Origin: Acidobacteriota bacterium
Lineage (GTDB): Bacteria > Acidobacteriota > UBA890 > WLXD01
DNA length: 64,000 bases
Assembly: GCA_965248695.1 (NCBI GenBank)
Contig: CBDFKD010000002.1
Span: forward strand, 1,824,001 to 1,888,000
Reading direction: 5' to 3'
Below, one piece after another: positions 9,816-18,658 of the stretch; positions within the stretch are counted from its first letter, which is position 1, and the number at the start of each line of letters is the position of its first letter. A model generated the notes under the pieces. The model was not told the DNA's origin, did not search any database, and saw only the letters and a list, made by a program, of their open reading frames with translations. Position numbers and translations under genes: made by a program.

Positions 9816-10739
9816 CTACTCACCGGATGGGTGTTGCGGCGCCAGCGCCCGCAGCTTCGTGGACAGCGCCTTGTAGCTGATCCCGAGCAACGCCGCGGCC
9901 CGATGTCGATCGCCCGCAACGGATTCGAGCGCGCGCGCCAGCCACGAGCGTTCGGCATCTCGGACCACGAGTCGACGAATCTCCTTGAGTCGCACAGGTT
10001 GGCCTTGCTCGAGTGCTTCGAAAGCAGCTGTCTTCGGTTCAAGCGCCCAATCGCCGGCTACAGCACCGGTAAGTCGGCGCACCTCGAGGCGAGCGGCCAC
10101 CCGTGCGTCTCGCTGACGGACGGCGGCAGCGGCGAAGGAGTCAATGTCGGCCAGCGCTCCCGGCCATCGATAACCGCGCAGGTAGCTGAGCGCTCGATCG
10201 ACGCCCCAGGGCAACGCCAGACTGCCGTCTTGCGTATGCCTGGCGAGGTAGTGGTCGAGCAGCGGCGGCAGGTCCGCGTCTCGGTTGCGCAGCGGTTGTA
10301 GATCGACCGCAATCAGCCGATCACGGAGAGCGCGCAGCAAGGATTCGTCGCCTCCGGAGCTGACCGCCAGGATGCGCGCGGTGCGGCGCGATGCGCGCTC
10401 GATCCGTTCTGCCACGTCGAGTTGCGCCGACGCCGCTAGGCGGCCAGGCTCGGCGATCAGGAGCGATCCGCACGCCGCCCGTTTGCAGGCGACGCCAAGC
10501 TCGGCAATTTGATCCTCTGCGGAGCGCTTTCCGAGCGACGTCCCGGCCACCTCCACCAGAGGCGCCTGAGCTCTTCCCGCCCGGTGCAGGGTCGACGCGA
10601 CCCAGCAACGCCCCCCTCCGGGCTCTCCTCTGAAGATCACGCCCACCGGAACGGCCGCCAGGCGATCGATCGTGCGGGCGAGGCCGGATTCCGGAGGCGT
10701 AGGATACGCGACGCTCCGGATATCTATCGGGGAATCCAT
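9816..10739 (-). CDS. Degenerate sigma54 activator homolog (inactive-looking AAA+ domain plus Fis-type HTH)
   Basis: PVGVIFRGEPGGGR (Walker A lacks K), no GAFTGA, LLIAE in place of Walker B, LQPLRNR and YRWPG retained, intact HTH AAALLGISYKAL. Confidence 0.8.
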   Translation of the reverse strand: MDSPIDIRSVAYPTPPESGLARTIDRLAAVPVGVIFRGEPGGGRCWVASTLHRAGRAQAPLVEVAGTSLGKRSAEDQIAELGVACKRAACGSLLIAEPGRLAASAQLDVAERIERASRRTARILAVSSGGDESLLRALRDRLIAVDLQPLRNRDADLPPLLDHYLARHTQDGSLALPWGVDRALSYLRGYRWPGALADIDSFAAAAVRQRDARVAARLEVRRLTGAVAGDWALEPKTAAFEALEQGQPVRLKEIRRLVVRDAERSWLARALESVAGDRHRAAALLGISYKALSTKLRALAPQHPSGE

Positions 10740-10752
10740 GTGGGCGCTTTAG

Positions 10753-10768
10753 TGCAAGCGATATGCCA
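10753..10768 (-). promoter_or_regulatory. Sigma54 promoter of the degenerate activator gene
   Basis: TGGCAT-ATCGC-TTGCA, 14 nt upstream of the ATG at 10739. Confidence 0.82.
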
Positions 10769-10886
10769 CGCCCGGGGCGGAAACAGGCCGTCTCCTAGCG
10801 CAACGCTGACACGGTCGTGGGCGTGTCCTGGCCCCTCCTGCCCGGCAAGCTCAAGAAGCGCCAGGCCAGAGCTATGTGGCCAGGAG

Positions 10887-10900
10887 GGAAAGAGTTTTCC
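10887..10900. promoter_or_regulatory. Palindromic upstream activator site
   Basis: GGAAA-GAGT-TTTCC, about 120 bp upstream of the -24 element at 10768. Confidence 0.62.
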
Positions 10901-10971
10901 CCCTATGGGCACCTAGCAGGCCGTGGTGGAAGTGTGGCGCCCACGCATCGGAGCAGCGAGTTCGCGTAGGT

Positions 10972-12324
10972 TCAGGCGGCGCTGATGCCGCAGTCGCGAA
11001 TCTTGTAGAGCAGGGCCTTGTAGCTGATATGCAGGAGCTCGGCCGCCTTGCGGCGGTTCCAACGTGTCTGCTCGAGCGCCCGGCGGATAAGCTCGCCCTC
11101 GACTTCCAGCGCCGCCAATCGCGAAACCTCTTTGAGCGGCGGGATGGTCCCCTCTGCACCGATCAGCGCATCCACGTCGAAACGGCTCGCGGCTGGCTCC
11201 GGCCTTGAAACCAGTGACTCGATGCTGCCTTCGACGTCCTCGAGAACCACCATACGCCGGATCAAATTTTGTAGCTCACGAACGTTGCCCGGCCAGTCGT
11301 GCTGCGACAGTGCCTCCAGCGTCTGCTGTGACAGCAACCCCAGGCTGCGCTCGTACTCGCGCTCATAGCGACGCACGAAGTGCTGCGCCAGCAGCGGGAT
11401 CTCATCGCGACGCTGGCGCAAAGGCGGCACTTCGACGCGAACGACGTTCAAACGGTAGAACAGATCCTTGCGGAATGAGCCCTCGAAGATCTCTTGCTCC
11501 AGGTCCCGATTGGTCGAGGCAACGACACGGGCGTCGATGTTCATCTCGCACTTGGCCCCAAGTCGATAGTAACTGCCGTCCTGCAACACCTGCAGCAGCT
11601 TCGCCTGTGTTCCGCCAGCGATCTCACCGATCTCGTCGAGCAAGATCGTGCCGCCGTTGGCGAGCTCGAACTTCCCCGGCTTGTCGCGATCGGCGCCGGT
11701 AAAAGCGCCGCGCTCGTAGCCGAACAACTCCGACTCCAGCAGCTGGTCAGGCAGCGCGGGACAGTTGACCTTGACGAACGCACCGGTCGAGCGGCCCGAA
11801 AAGCGGTGCAGCTCACGTGCGACAACTTCCTTACCCACACCACTGTCGCCTGTGATCAGCACCGGGACATCCGTATCGGCCACCTGTCGAACCAACTCGC
11901 GTATCGCACGCATCGGCGCCGAGCCCACCACCAGCTCGTCGCCGCCAAGACTGACAGCCGACTCCAGGAGCCGAACCAATGCCGCATCGATGGCATCGCA
12001 GGCGCCGGCGCGCCTGATTCCCGCGACGCGCTCGCGCTGCGTCAGCGAGTCCATGCCGACGCTATCGAGCTCGTCGCACAGCAGCAGCACCGGAATCGAT
12101 CGACCCGCTGCTTGCAGCGCGTCGAGGGCTCCCTCCAACGAGTCTTCATGGTCGGCATCGAACACGATTGCCTGCGGACGGAAGCCGTTGCGTAGCACTT
12201 CGAGCGCCTCTGTGCGGCTGCTTGCCGCGACGACGCGATATCCGCTTCCGTGCAACGTCGCCCGCAGGCGCGCACCGCCCGGACCGCGATCGACGAGCAA
12301 GATTTTCTTGGGGTCGCGAGTCAT
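10972..12324 (-). CDS. NtrC-family sigma54 enhancer-binding protein with an atypical receiver domain
   Basis: [41 protein letters not shown] and HTH. ATG at 12324 with a GGAGG RBS. Confidence 0.93.
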   Translation of the reverse strand: MTRDPKKILLVDRGPGGARLRATLHGSGYRVVAASSRTEALEVLRNGFRPQAIVFDADHEDSLEGALDALQAAGRSIPVLLLCDELDSVGMDSLTQRERVAGIRRAGACDAIDAALVRLLESAVSLGGDELVVGSAPMRAIRELVRQVADTDVPVLITGDSGVGKEVVARELHRFSGRSTGAFVKVNCPALPDQLLESELFGYERGAFTGADRDKPGKFELANGGTILLDEIGEIAGGTQAKLLQVLQDGSYYRLGAKCEMNIDARVVASTNRDLEQEIFEGSFRKDLFYRLNVVRVEVPPLRQRRDEIPLLAQHFVRRYEREYERSLGLLSQQTLEALSQHDWPGNVRELQNLIRRMVVLEDVEGSIESLVSRPEPAASRFDVDALIGAEGTIPPLKEVSRLAALEVEGELIRRALEQTRWNRRKAAELLHISYKALLYKIRDCGISAA

Positions 12325-12501
12325 GCCGACCTCCCAGGTACTAGGGCTGACAGGAATCGGCTGACCCCAGACGGTGAGGCCAGTCGGTCGCAAATCAACC
12401 TATGGGAATCGGATTACCCACAGCAATCCAGAATGTTTCCCACCCTCGACTCGACAGTGATCGAGCGGACAGGAGTTGCGTCTGCTGTGCAGAAGTGCGC
12501 C

Positions 12502-13542
12502 TCAGATTGCGCCCGCTCCGCGTAGCAAGCGCTCGACTGCGCGCTCCCAGGAATGGCGTTGCGCCACCCCGAGACCCGTTCGACCCAGCTCGGGGGCCAC
12601 ATCGGACCGAGTCGCACGCCGCAATGCGGCAGCCACCCCTGCAGGCTCCGGCGACACCACGAATCCCGTCTCGCCGTCGACCACCAGTTCGGCCGGGCCA
12701 CCAGAATCGACACACGTGATCACTGGCTTGGCGGAGCTGAACGCCTCCAGTGTAACGAGGCCATAGTCTTCCGACTCAGCGCCATACCAGACTGCCGAGC
12801 AGCGCGCGTACGCCTCGACGAGCTCAGGCTCGGTGAGGCGACCGAGGAACTCGACTCGGTCACTGATCCGCAGGGACTCCGCCAGCCCGCGCAAGCGCGC
12901 TGCCTCCGGCCCCTCGCCGGCAACGCGAATCGCAACGCCCGGCGCTTCGGCTGCCGCCCGTAGCAACAACGCATTGCGCTTGAGCGGCTGGAGCCGCGCC
13001 ACTGAAAGCACTGCGCCGTCGTAGCCGTCACAGCGATAGGGGCGCTGCGGCGCAGGAGGATGAAGGACCTCGGCCTCGGTGCCACCCCAGCGCTCGAGGC
13101 GGCGACGTATGGTTTCGGATTGCGCGAAGACCTTTCGGCTCCTGCCCAGAAGGCGCCGGTCGAGGCGGTGCAGGAGTCGCCGGCGCGCGCCTTCGACCAG
13201 GCGGCCGCGCACTCCGAGATTGACGCGGAAGCTCTGCCAGAGATCGTAGTACTCGCGCATCCGGTGGTTCAGCCAGACCACGTGATGCGGATGCCGCACG
13301 GCGTAGGACGGAAAGCGCAAGCTGATGACCACATCGATCGGCTCGCCGTCGCCGGTTACGCCGACGTCGGTGAGCCAGGTCGCCAGGTAGGCTGAGAACT
13401 GCCGTCCGAACCGGTTCTGCGGGGTGGTCAGCACCTCCGCGGAGTGGCCCTGGTCGCGCAGCGCACGGACCAGCGAACGGGCGATGACACGGTGCCCACC
13501 CTCCACCAACGGCACGTCGGAAGTAACTACGAGGGCTCGCAA
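12502..13542 (-). CDS. Family 4 glycosyltransferase
   Basis: VARLQPLKR, EDYGLVTLEA and ELVVDGETG motifs of the GT-B fold. Confidence 0.9.
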   Translation of the reverse strand: MRALVVTSDVPLVEGGHRVIARSLVRALRDQGHSAEVLTTPQNRFGRQFSAYLATWLTDVGVTGDGEPIDVVISLRFPSYAVRHPHHVVWLNHRMREYYDLWQSFRVNLGVRGRLVEGARRRLLHRLDRRLLGRSRKVFAQSETIRRRLERWGGTEAEVLHPPAPQRPYRCDGYDGAVLSVARLQPLKRNALLLRAAAEAPGVAIRVAGEGPEAARLRGLAESLRISDRVEFLGRLTEPELVEAYARCSAVWYGAESEDYGLVTLEAFSSAKPVITCVDSGGPAELVVDGETGFVVSPEPAGVAAALRRATRSDVAPELGRTGLGVAQRHSWERAVERLLRGAGAI

Positions 13543-13700
13543 GCTATGCGGCCATGGCGGTCATGTGGCGGGCCTGGTTGCAGCGAGCTGTGGGTGCGTC
13601 GATGGTCGTCAACGATGGTGCGATCATCGCCTTCTCCTTTCTCCTACAGCTTCCGCACCGCGGCGATTGTTGCAGAAAAACCACACCTCCGCGGGTCCAA

Positions 13701-13720
13701 ATGTGGCACAAACACCACAT
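13701..13720. promoter_or_regulatory. Perfect inverted repeat, candidate activator site for the lpxC promoter
   Basis: ATGTGG-N8-CCACAT, 75-95 bp upstream of the sigma54-like element. Confidence 0.5.
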
Positions 13721-13794
13721 CGTGCTTCCCGACGAACTCGAGAATCCGCCCGAACCGTCTGGAAACAAAGGACTTCGATCGATCGACACAATGT

Positions 13795-13810
13795 CGGCAC
13801 GGAGATTGCT
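13795..13810 (+). promoter_or_regulatory. Sigma54-like promoter upstream of lpxC
   Basis: CGGCAC-GGAGA-TTGCT (correct GG-N10-GC spacing), 33 nt before the ATG. Confidence 0.65.
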
Positions 13811-13843
13811 TGTCCATTAGCGGGGATCTACTCGAGAGCTTTG

Positions 13844-14755
13844 ATGACTCTGACCCAAAAGACGATTCGCCGCGAAGTGAGTTGCGCTGGCATCGGCTTG
13901 CATTGTGGCAAGCGCGTGGAGATGCGTTTGTTGCCGGCGGCGCCGGATACCGGCATTCGTTTTCGTCGCGTTGACCTGGACTGGCTCGAGATTCCGGTCT
14001 CGATCGACAACCTACACCGAACCAGCTTTGCCACGCAGCTGAGCCACAGCGATACATCGATCAATACGGTCGAGCATTTGCTGTCAGCCGCCAGCGGCCT
14101 GGGGGTGGACAACCTGGTTGTCGAGGTGGCCGGTGAAGAAGTTCCCATCATGGACGGATCCGCCGCACCGTTCGTCTATCTGTTGCATGAGGCCGGGCTC
14201 CGACGACAGCAGGCGGCGCGCAAGTTCATCAAGATCGTAGAGCCGCTACGCGTCGACGAGGACGACAAATTCATCGCCATATACCCGGCAGAGCGACTGA
14301 AAGTCTCCTATACGATCGACTTCGACCATCCGCTCATCGGCGTACAGCGTGAGACATTCGTCATCACACCGCGCACCTTCACCGAGCAAATTGCGCCTGC
14401 CCGCACCTTCGGCTTCCTGAAGGACGTCGAGACGATGCGCGGCCTGGGCCTGGCACTGGGCGGATCGATCGAAAACGCCGTCGTCGTCGGCGAGAACTCG
14501 ATCCTCAACCCGCAGCTCCGGTTCCCCGACGAGTTCGTTCGTCACAAGATCCTCGACGTTATTGGCGACCTGACGCTGCTGGGCCGCCCTTTGCTCGGCC
14601 ACGTCGTCGCGTATCGTGCCGGACACCGGTTACACGCCGCGCTGGTCGACAAGATCCGCACCGAGCGTGCAGCTTCACAGGTCGTCACCTGGGACGACAT
14701 CGTGTACGGGCTCGCGGCCCGGCGACCCGTGGCACTGGCGGCCGCCCCGGCCTGA
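13844..14755 (+). CDS. lpxC: UDP-3-O-acyl-GlcNAc deacetylase
   Basis: QKTI...GIGLHCG, TVEHLLSA, EVPIMDGSA, ARTFGF, RHKILDVIGDL, GH motifs; ATG at 13844. Confidence 0.97.
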   Translation: MTLTQKTIRREVSCAGIGLHCGKRVEMRLLPAAPDTGIRFRRVDLDWLEIPVSIDNLHRTSFATQLSHSDTSINTVEHLLSAASGLGVDNLVVEVAGEEVPIMDGSAAPFVYLLHEAGLRRQQAARKFIKIVEPLRVDEDDKFIAIYPAERLKVSYTIDFDHPLIGVQRETFVITPRTFTEQIAPARTFGFLKDVETMRGLGLALGGSIENAVVVGENSILNPQLRFPDEFVRHKILDVIGDLTLLGRPLLGHVVAYRAGHRLHAALVDKIRTERAASQVVTWDDIVYGLAARRPVALAAAPA

Positions 14756-14788
14756 GCGGCAGACTTCCCCCAAAGTTCCGCCGCGGCC

Positions 14789-14797
14789 TGCTAGCAT
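14789..14797 (+). promoter_or_regulatory. Extended -10 element upstream of the NtrY-like kinase
   Basis: TG-c-TAGCAT; the same motif type recurs before several genes in this window. Confidence 0.45.
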
Positions 14798-14868
14798 TGC
14801 CGGGTTAGAGTGGCCACCCCCTTCCCTGAACCGGGAGACTCGCGCTCCGCTCCAGGTCCCGCCACGCG

Positions 14869-17106
14869 ATGATCCACAGCACAGCAGCCGATCGACAACG
14901 CCGCGCGCGCCATCGCACCCTGATCGTCATCGGTCTGGTGCTTGTCGTGGCAACGTTCATCGCCGTCGAGATCGCCCTGCAGCAGTCCACCGACAGCTGG
15001 CTGCCGGTGTCGAACACGGTGCTGATCCACGCCATCACTGTAATCAACATCGTGCTCTTGCTGGTTCTTCTGCTGGTGCTGGGCCGGAACCTGATCAAGC
15101 TCTACGTCGATCGCCGCCACCGGAAGCTCGGCTCCAGATTCCAGACCAAGCTAATGGCGACCTACGTCGGCTTGTCGCTCGTGCCTACCATCATCCTCTT
15201 TCTCGTCGGCAGCGACTTCATCCAGAAGAGCGTCGATCGATGGTTTTCCAAGGAGGTCACGTCCGTCCATCAGCGCGCTCGTGACCTCGTGCGCGAGGCT
15301 TCCGAGGTCCAGCAACAACAATTGCTCGACATCGGTGCGGCATTTGCCGACGAGATCACCACGGGGCGCCTGTTTCCGAACGAGGCCTGGCAGCTCCTGA
15401 GCCGTGAAATGGGGCGCAAGCTGGAGCTCGCTTACCTCGACATCGACGCCGTGGCCATCTATCGGGACGCGGAGCAGCCGCATGCGCCGGTACTGCGCGC
15501 CGACAGCTTCCTGCAGGGGCGCGAATACCTCCTCAACATTCCGAGCACCTCGATTCTGATGGGTATGTCGGGACAGCCCTTCCGCCACGACACCGAGATC
15601 GAAGGCGGCAACCGACTGGTGCTCGCTGGTGTCCCTATCTACGCGCCCTCCGACCGTCAGGTCGACGGGGTTCTGGTAGTAGCGCGGGTAATCGATGGGG
15701 CGCTGGCAGCGGAGCTCGCTTCGGTCCTCGAGATCTACGCCGACTACACGCAGGGCATCGAGGAAAAGGAACCCATCACCAACGCCTACATCCTCACCTT
15801 CCTGCTACTGAGCCTGCTGATCGTATTCGGCGCGGTCTGGCTCGGGCTGTATCTGGCAAAGGGGGTGACGGGGCCGATACGGAGTCTCTCGGAAGGTACC
15901 CGCGCGGTCGCCGCTGGCAACCTCGATTATCGGGTACAGGTCGAGACCAACGATGAGCTCGGAGCGCTGGTGGAGTCATTCAACCGCATGACCGGGGATC
16001 TCGCGGTCAGCCAGCACAACTTGGAACAATCTCGAACCGAGCTCGAGGGCAGCATCGGCGAGCTCGAGGAGCGTCGCGGTTACATGGAGTCGGTGCTGGC
16101 GAACATCGCCACCGGCGTAGCCTCGATGAACTCCGACGGGCAAATCACGACGTTCAATCGTGCCGCCGCCGACATGCTCGGTATCGACGCCCCGGCGGCC
16201 GTAGGCAGGCCGTACGGAGAGGTGTTCGCGGGCGACAGCTTCACCGAGCTACGGACGCTCATCCGCCACGCGCGCCCGCGGCTGGCGGCGGTCGAAGAGG
16301 AGCTCAAGGTCGAGGCCGCCGGCGAGCGTCTGACGCTGGCGGTGCACTGTTCGAGCCTGCGCGACAAATCGAGCGACTATCTCGGAACGGTCGTGGTGCT
16401 CGATGACCTCACCGGTCGGATTCGAGCTCAGAAAGTCGCCGCGTGGCGTGAGGTGGCGCGCCGGATAGCGCATGAGATCCGCAATCCGTTGACGCCCATC
16501 CAGCTGTCAGCCCAGCGGATCGCCAGACGCTACAAACGCGCCGCCGGAGCCGAGGACGAGTACGCCGTCATCGACGAAGGGACGCGCACGATCCTCCAGG
16601 AGGTCGGCACGCTGAAGGCCCTGGTCGACGAATTCAGCCGTTTCGCGCGCATGCCCTCTGCCAACCCCGTGGCTTCCGATCTGCACCAGATCCTGGACGA
16701 CAGCCTGCTTACGTACCCTGAGCTTCATCCGGAGCTCGAGATCAAACGCCGCTTCGCTGACGACGTGCCCCCGCTGCAACTGGATCCAGACCAGATGCGG
16801 CGAGCGTTCACCAATCTCTACGACAATGCGATCAAGGCGATGTCAGGTAATGGACAGTTGAATGTCACCACGGTTTTCGACGCCGACCTGGAGGTGGTGC
16901 GAGTCGAGGTGGCCGACAACGGCCCCGGGATCCGGCCGGAAGACAAGGATCGTCTATTCGTCCCCTATTTCTCGCGTGAGCGCGACGGGACCGGATTGGG
17001 CCTCGCAATCGTGCGCCAAATCGTCTCGGATCACCGCGGCTACATACGCGTCGTCGACAACGTGCCGCACGGCGCTACCTTTGTCGTCGAGTTGCCGACC
17101 AGCTGA
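14869..17106 (+). CDS. ntrY: NtrY-like HAMP/PAS sensor histidine kinase
   Basis: N-terminal TMs, HAMP (DELGALVESFNRM), PAS, AWREVARRIAHEIRNPLTPIQLSA H-box, DNGPG and GTGLGL. Confidence 0.88.
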   Translation: MIHSTAADRQRRARHRTLIVIGLVLVVATFIAVEIALQQSTDSWLPVSNTVLIHAITVINIVLLLVLLLVLGRNLIKLYVDRRHRKLGSRFQTKLMATYVGLSLVPTIILFLVGSDFIQKSVDRWFSKEVTSVHQRARDLVREASEVQQQQLLDIGAAFADEITTGRLFPNEAWQLLSREMGRKLELAYLDIDAVAIYRDAEQPHAPVLRADSFLQGREYLLNIPSTSILMGMSGQPFRHDTEIEGGNRLVLAGVPIYAPSDRQVDGVLVVARVIDGALAAELASVLEIYADYTQGIEEKEPITNAYILTFLLLSLLIVFGAVWLGLYLAKGVTGPIRSLSEGTRAVAAGNLDYRVQVETNDELGALVESFNRMTGDLAVSQHNLEQSRTELEGSIGELEERRGYMESVLANIATGVASMNSDGQITTFNRAAADMLGIDAPAAVGRPYGEVFAGDSFTELRTLIRHARPRLAAVEEELKVEAAGERLTLAVHCSSLRDKSSDYLGTVVVLDDLTGRIRAQKVAAWREVARRIAHEIRNPLTPIQLSAQRIARRYKRAAGAEDEYAVIDEGTRTILQEVGTLKALVDEFSRFARMPSANPVASDLHQILDDSLLTYPELHPELEIKRRFADDVPPLQLDPDQMRRAFTNLYDNAIKAMSGNGQLNVTTVFDADLEVVRVEVADNGPGIRPEDKDRLFVPYFSRERDGTGLGLAIVRQIVSDHRGYIRVVDNVPHGATFVVELPTS

Positions 17107-17115
17107 GCCGCGACG

Positions 17116-18492
17116 GTGAGCGAGTCTGGTCGGATTCTGGTCGTCGACGACGAGCCCAATGTGCGCGCCACGCTGAAGGGCGTGCTCGGCGACGAAGGAT
17201 ACGAGGTCGTCGCAGTCGGCAGCGGCGAGGAGAGTCTAGCGGAGCTCGGGCGCGGTGACTACGACCTCGTTCTGCTCGACATCTGGCTACCGGCGATGGA
17301 TGGGCTCGAGGTCCTCGAGCAGATCGGTGGCGCGAACACCGAGTGCGAGGTGGTGATGATCTCCGGGCACGGAAGCATCGACGCCGCGGTCAAGTCGACC
17401 AAGCTCGGGGCGTTCGACTTCATCGAGAAGCCGCTATCTCTCGACCGCGTGCTGCTAGTGGTTGCGAACGCGGTACGACAGCGGCGGCTGGTGCGCGAAA
17501 ACTTGGAGCTGCGAGCCGAGGTCAGCGGTCGCGTCGACATCGTCGGCGACAGTGAACAGATCGTAGCGCTGCGCCGGCAAGTTGATCGAGCCGCACCGAG
17601 CAACGGACGCGTCCTGATCTTCGGCGAGAACGGCACCGGCAAGGAGCTCGTGGCGCGGCGAATTCATGCGCTTTCGAACCGACACGCGGCGCCGTTCGTC
17701 GAAGTGAACTGTGCCGCGATCCCGGACGAGCTCATCGAGAGTGAGCTCTTCGGCCACGTGAAAGGCGCCTTTACCGGTGCGGTTGCCGACAAGGCGGGGA
17801 AATTCGAGCTCGCCGACGGCGGCACGCTATTTCTCGACGAGGTCGGCGACATGAGCCTCAAGACCCAGGCCAAGGTGCTTCGCGTGCTCGAGGAACAGCG
17901 CTTCCAGCCGCTGGGCTCGAACAACACGTTGGACGTCGATGTGCGGGTCATCGCCGCAACAAACAAGGACCTCAGCGCGGCGATCGCGGACGGCTCTTTC
18001 CGTGAAGACCTCTACTACCGTCTCAACGTCATCCCGTTCCATGTACCGCCGTTGCGCGCCCGACGCGACGACATACCGCTGCTGGCTGATCGCTTCCTGC
18101 GGGACCTGGGAACGGAGTACCAGCGAACCCCGAAGCGCTTGAGTCAAGAGGCGGTTGCGTTGTTAGTGAGCCATCGATGGCCGGGCAACGTCCGGGAACT
18201 GCGCAATGTCTGTGAGCGCGCGGTGATCATGGCGGCGACAGATGTGATCACGGACTCGGACGTCGAAACGATGGTTGAAGAGCCGCTCACGGCATCGTCA
18301 GCGCTCGATCAGGACCTCTCGTTGCGGGCTGCCCGCGAGATCTTCGAACGCCGATTGATCATGGCGAAGCTACGCGAGTTCGGCGGCAGCGTTCGTCAGG
18401 CGGCTGGCGCGCTGGGCATCGAACGCAGCCATCTGTATCGCAAGCTGAAAGCCTACGGAATCGATCCGACGGAGACCGTCAACGGTACCTGA
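17116..18492 (+). CDS. ntrX: NtrX-like sigma54 response regulator
   Basis: REC (VVDDE, LLDIWLP, MISGHG, EKP), GENGTGKE, GAFTGA, HTH; adjacent to ntrY. Confidence 0.88.
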   Translation: MSESGRILVVDDEPNVRATLKGVLGDEGYEVVAVGSGEESLAELGRGDYDLVLLDIWLPAMDGLEVLEQIGGANTECEVVMISGHGSIDAAVKSTKLGAFDFIEKPLSLDRVLLVVANAVRQRRLVRENLELRAEVSGRVDIVGDSEQIVALRRQVDRAAPSNGRVLIFGENGTGKELVARRIHALSNRHAAPFVEVNCAAIPDELIESELFGHVKGAFTGAVADKAGKFELADGGTLFLDEVGDMSLKTQAKVLRVLEEQRFQPLGSNNTLDVDVRVIAATNKDLSAAIADGSFREDLYYRLNVIPFHVPPLRARRDDIPLLADRFLRDLGTEYQRTPKRLSQEAVALLVSHRWPGNVRELRNVCERAVIMAATDVITDSDVETMVEEPLTASSALDQDLSLRAAREIFERRLIMAKLREFGGSVRQAAGALGIERSHLYRKLKAYGIDPTETVNGT

Positions 18493-18584
18493 TAGCCGAC
18501 CGCGGGGCGCATTCAGGTGACCAAACGTAGCCAGAATCACTGCGTTCACAAACGCTGTTTTGCACAACAATGAGCACTCGTGCG

Positions 18585-18614
18585 TTGACCGTACCTTGCT
18601 GCTGTTGCTAGCAT
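18585..18614 (+). promoter_or_regulatory. Sigma70-type promoter
   Basis: TTGACC-N18-TAGCAT with a TG extension. Confidence 0.5.
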
Positions 18615-18658
18615 CGGGGATGGGGCGGACAACTTATTAGCGGGAGGCGACGCTCGGG

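Noticed and set aside
9560-10042. N-terminal extension of the OPX ORF as given by the ORF track (likewise the extensions of lpxC, purH, ruvC, yebC, pilA and pilB)
   Set aside because: These overlap promoters or neighbouring genes; downstream starts have an RBS and match the family N-termini.
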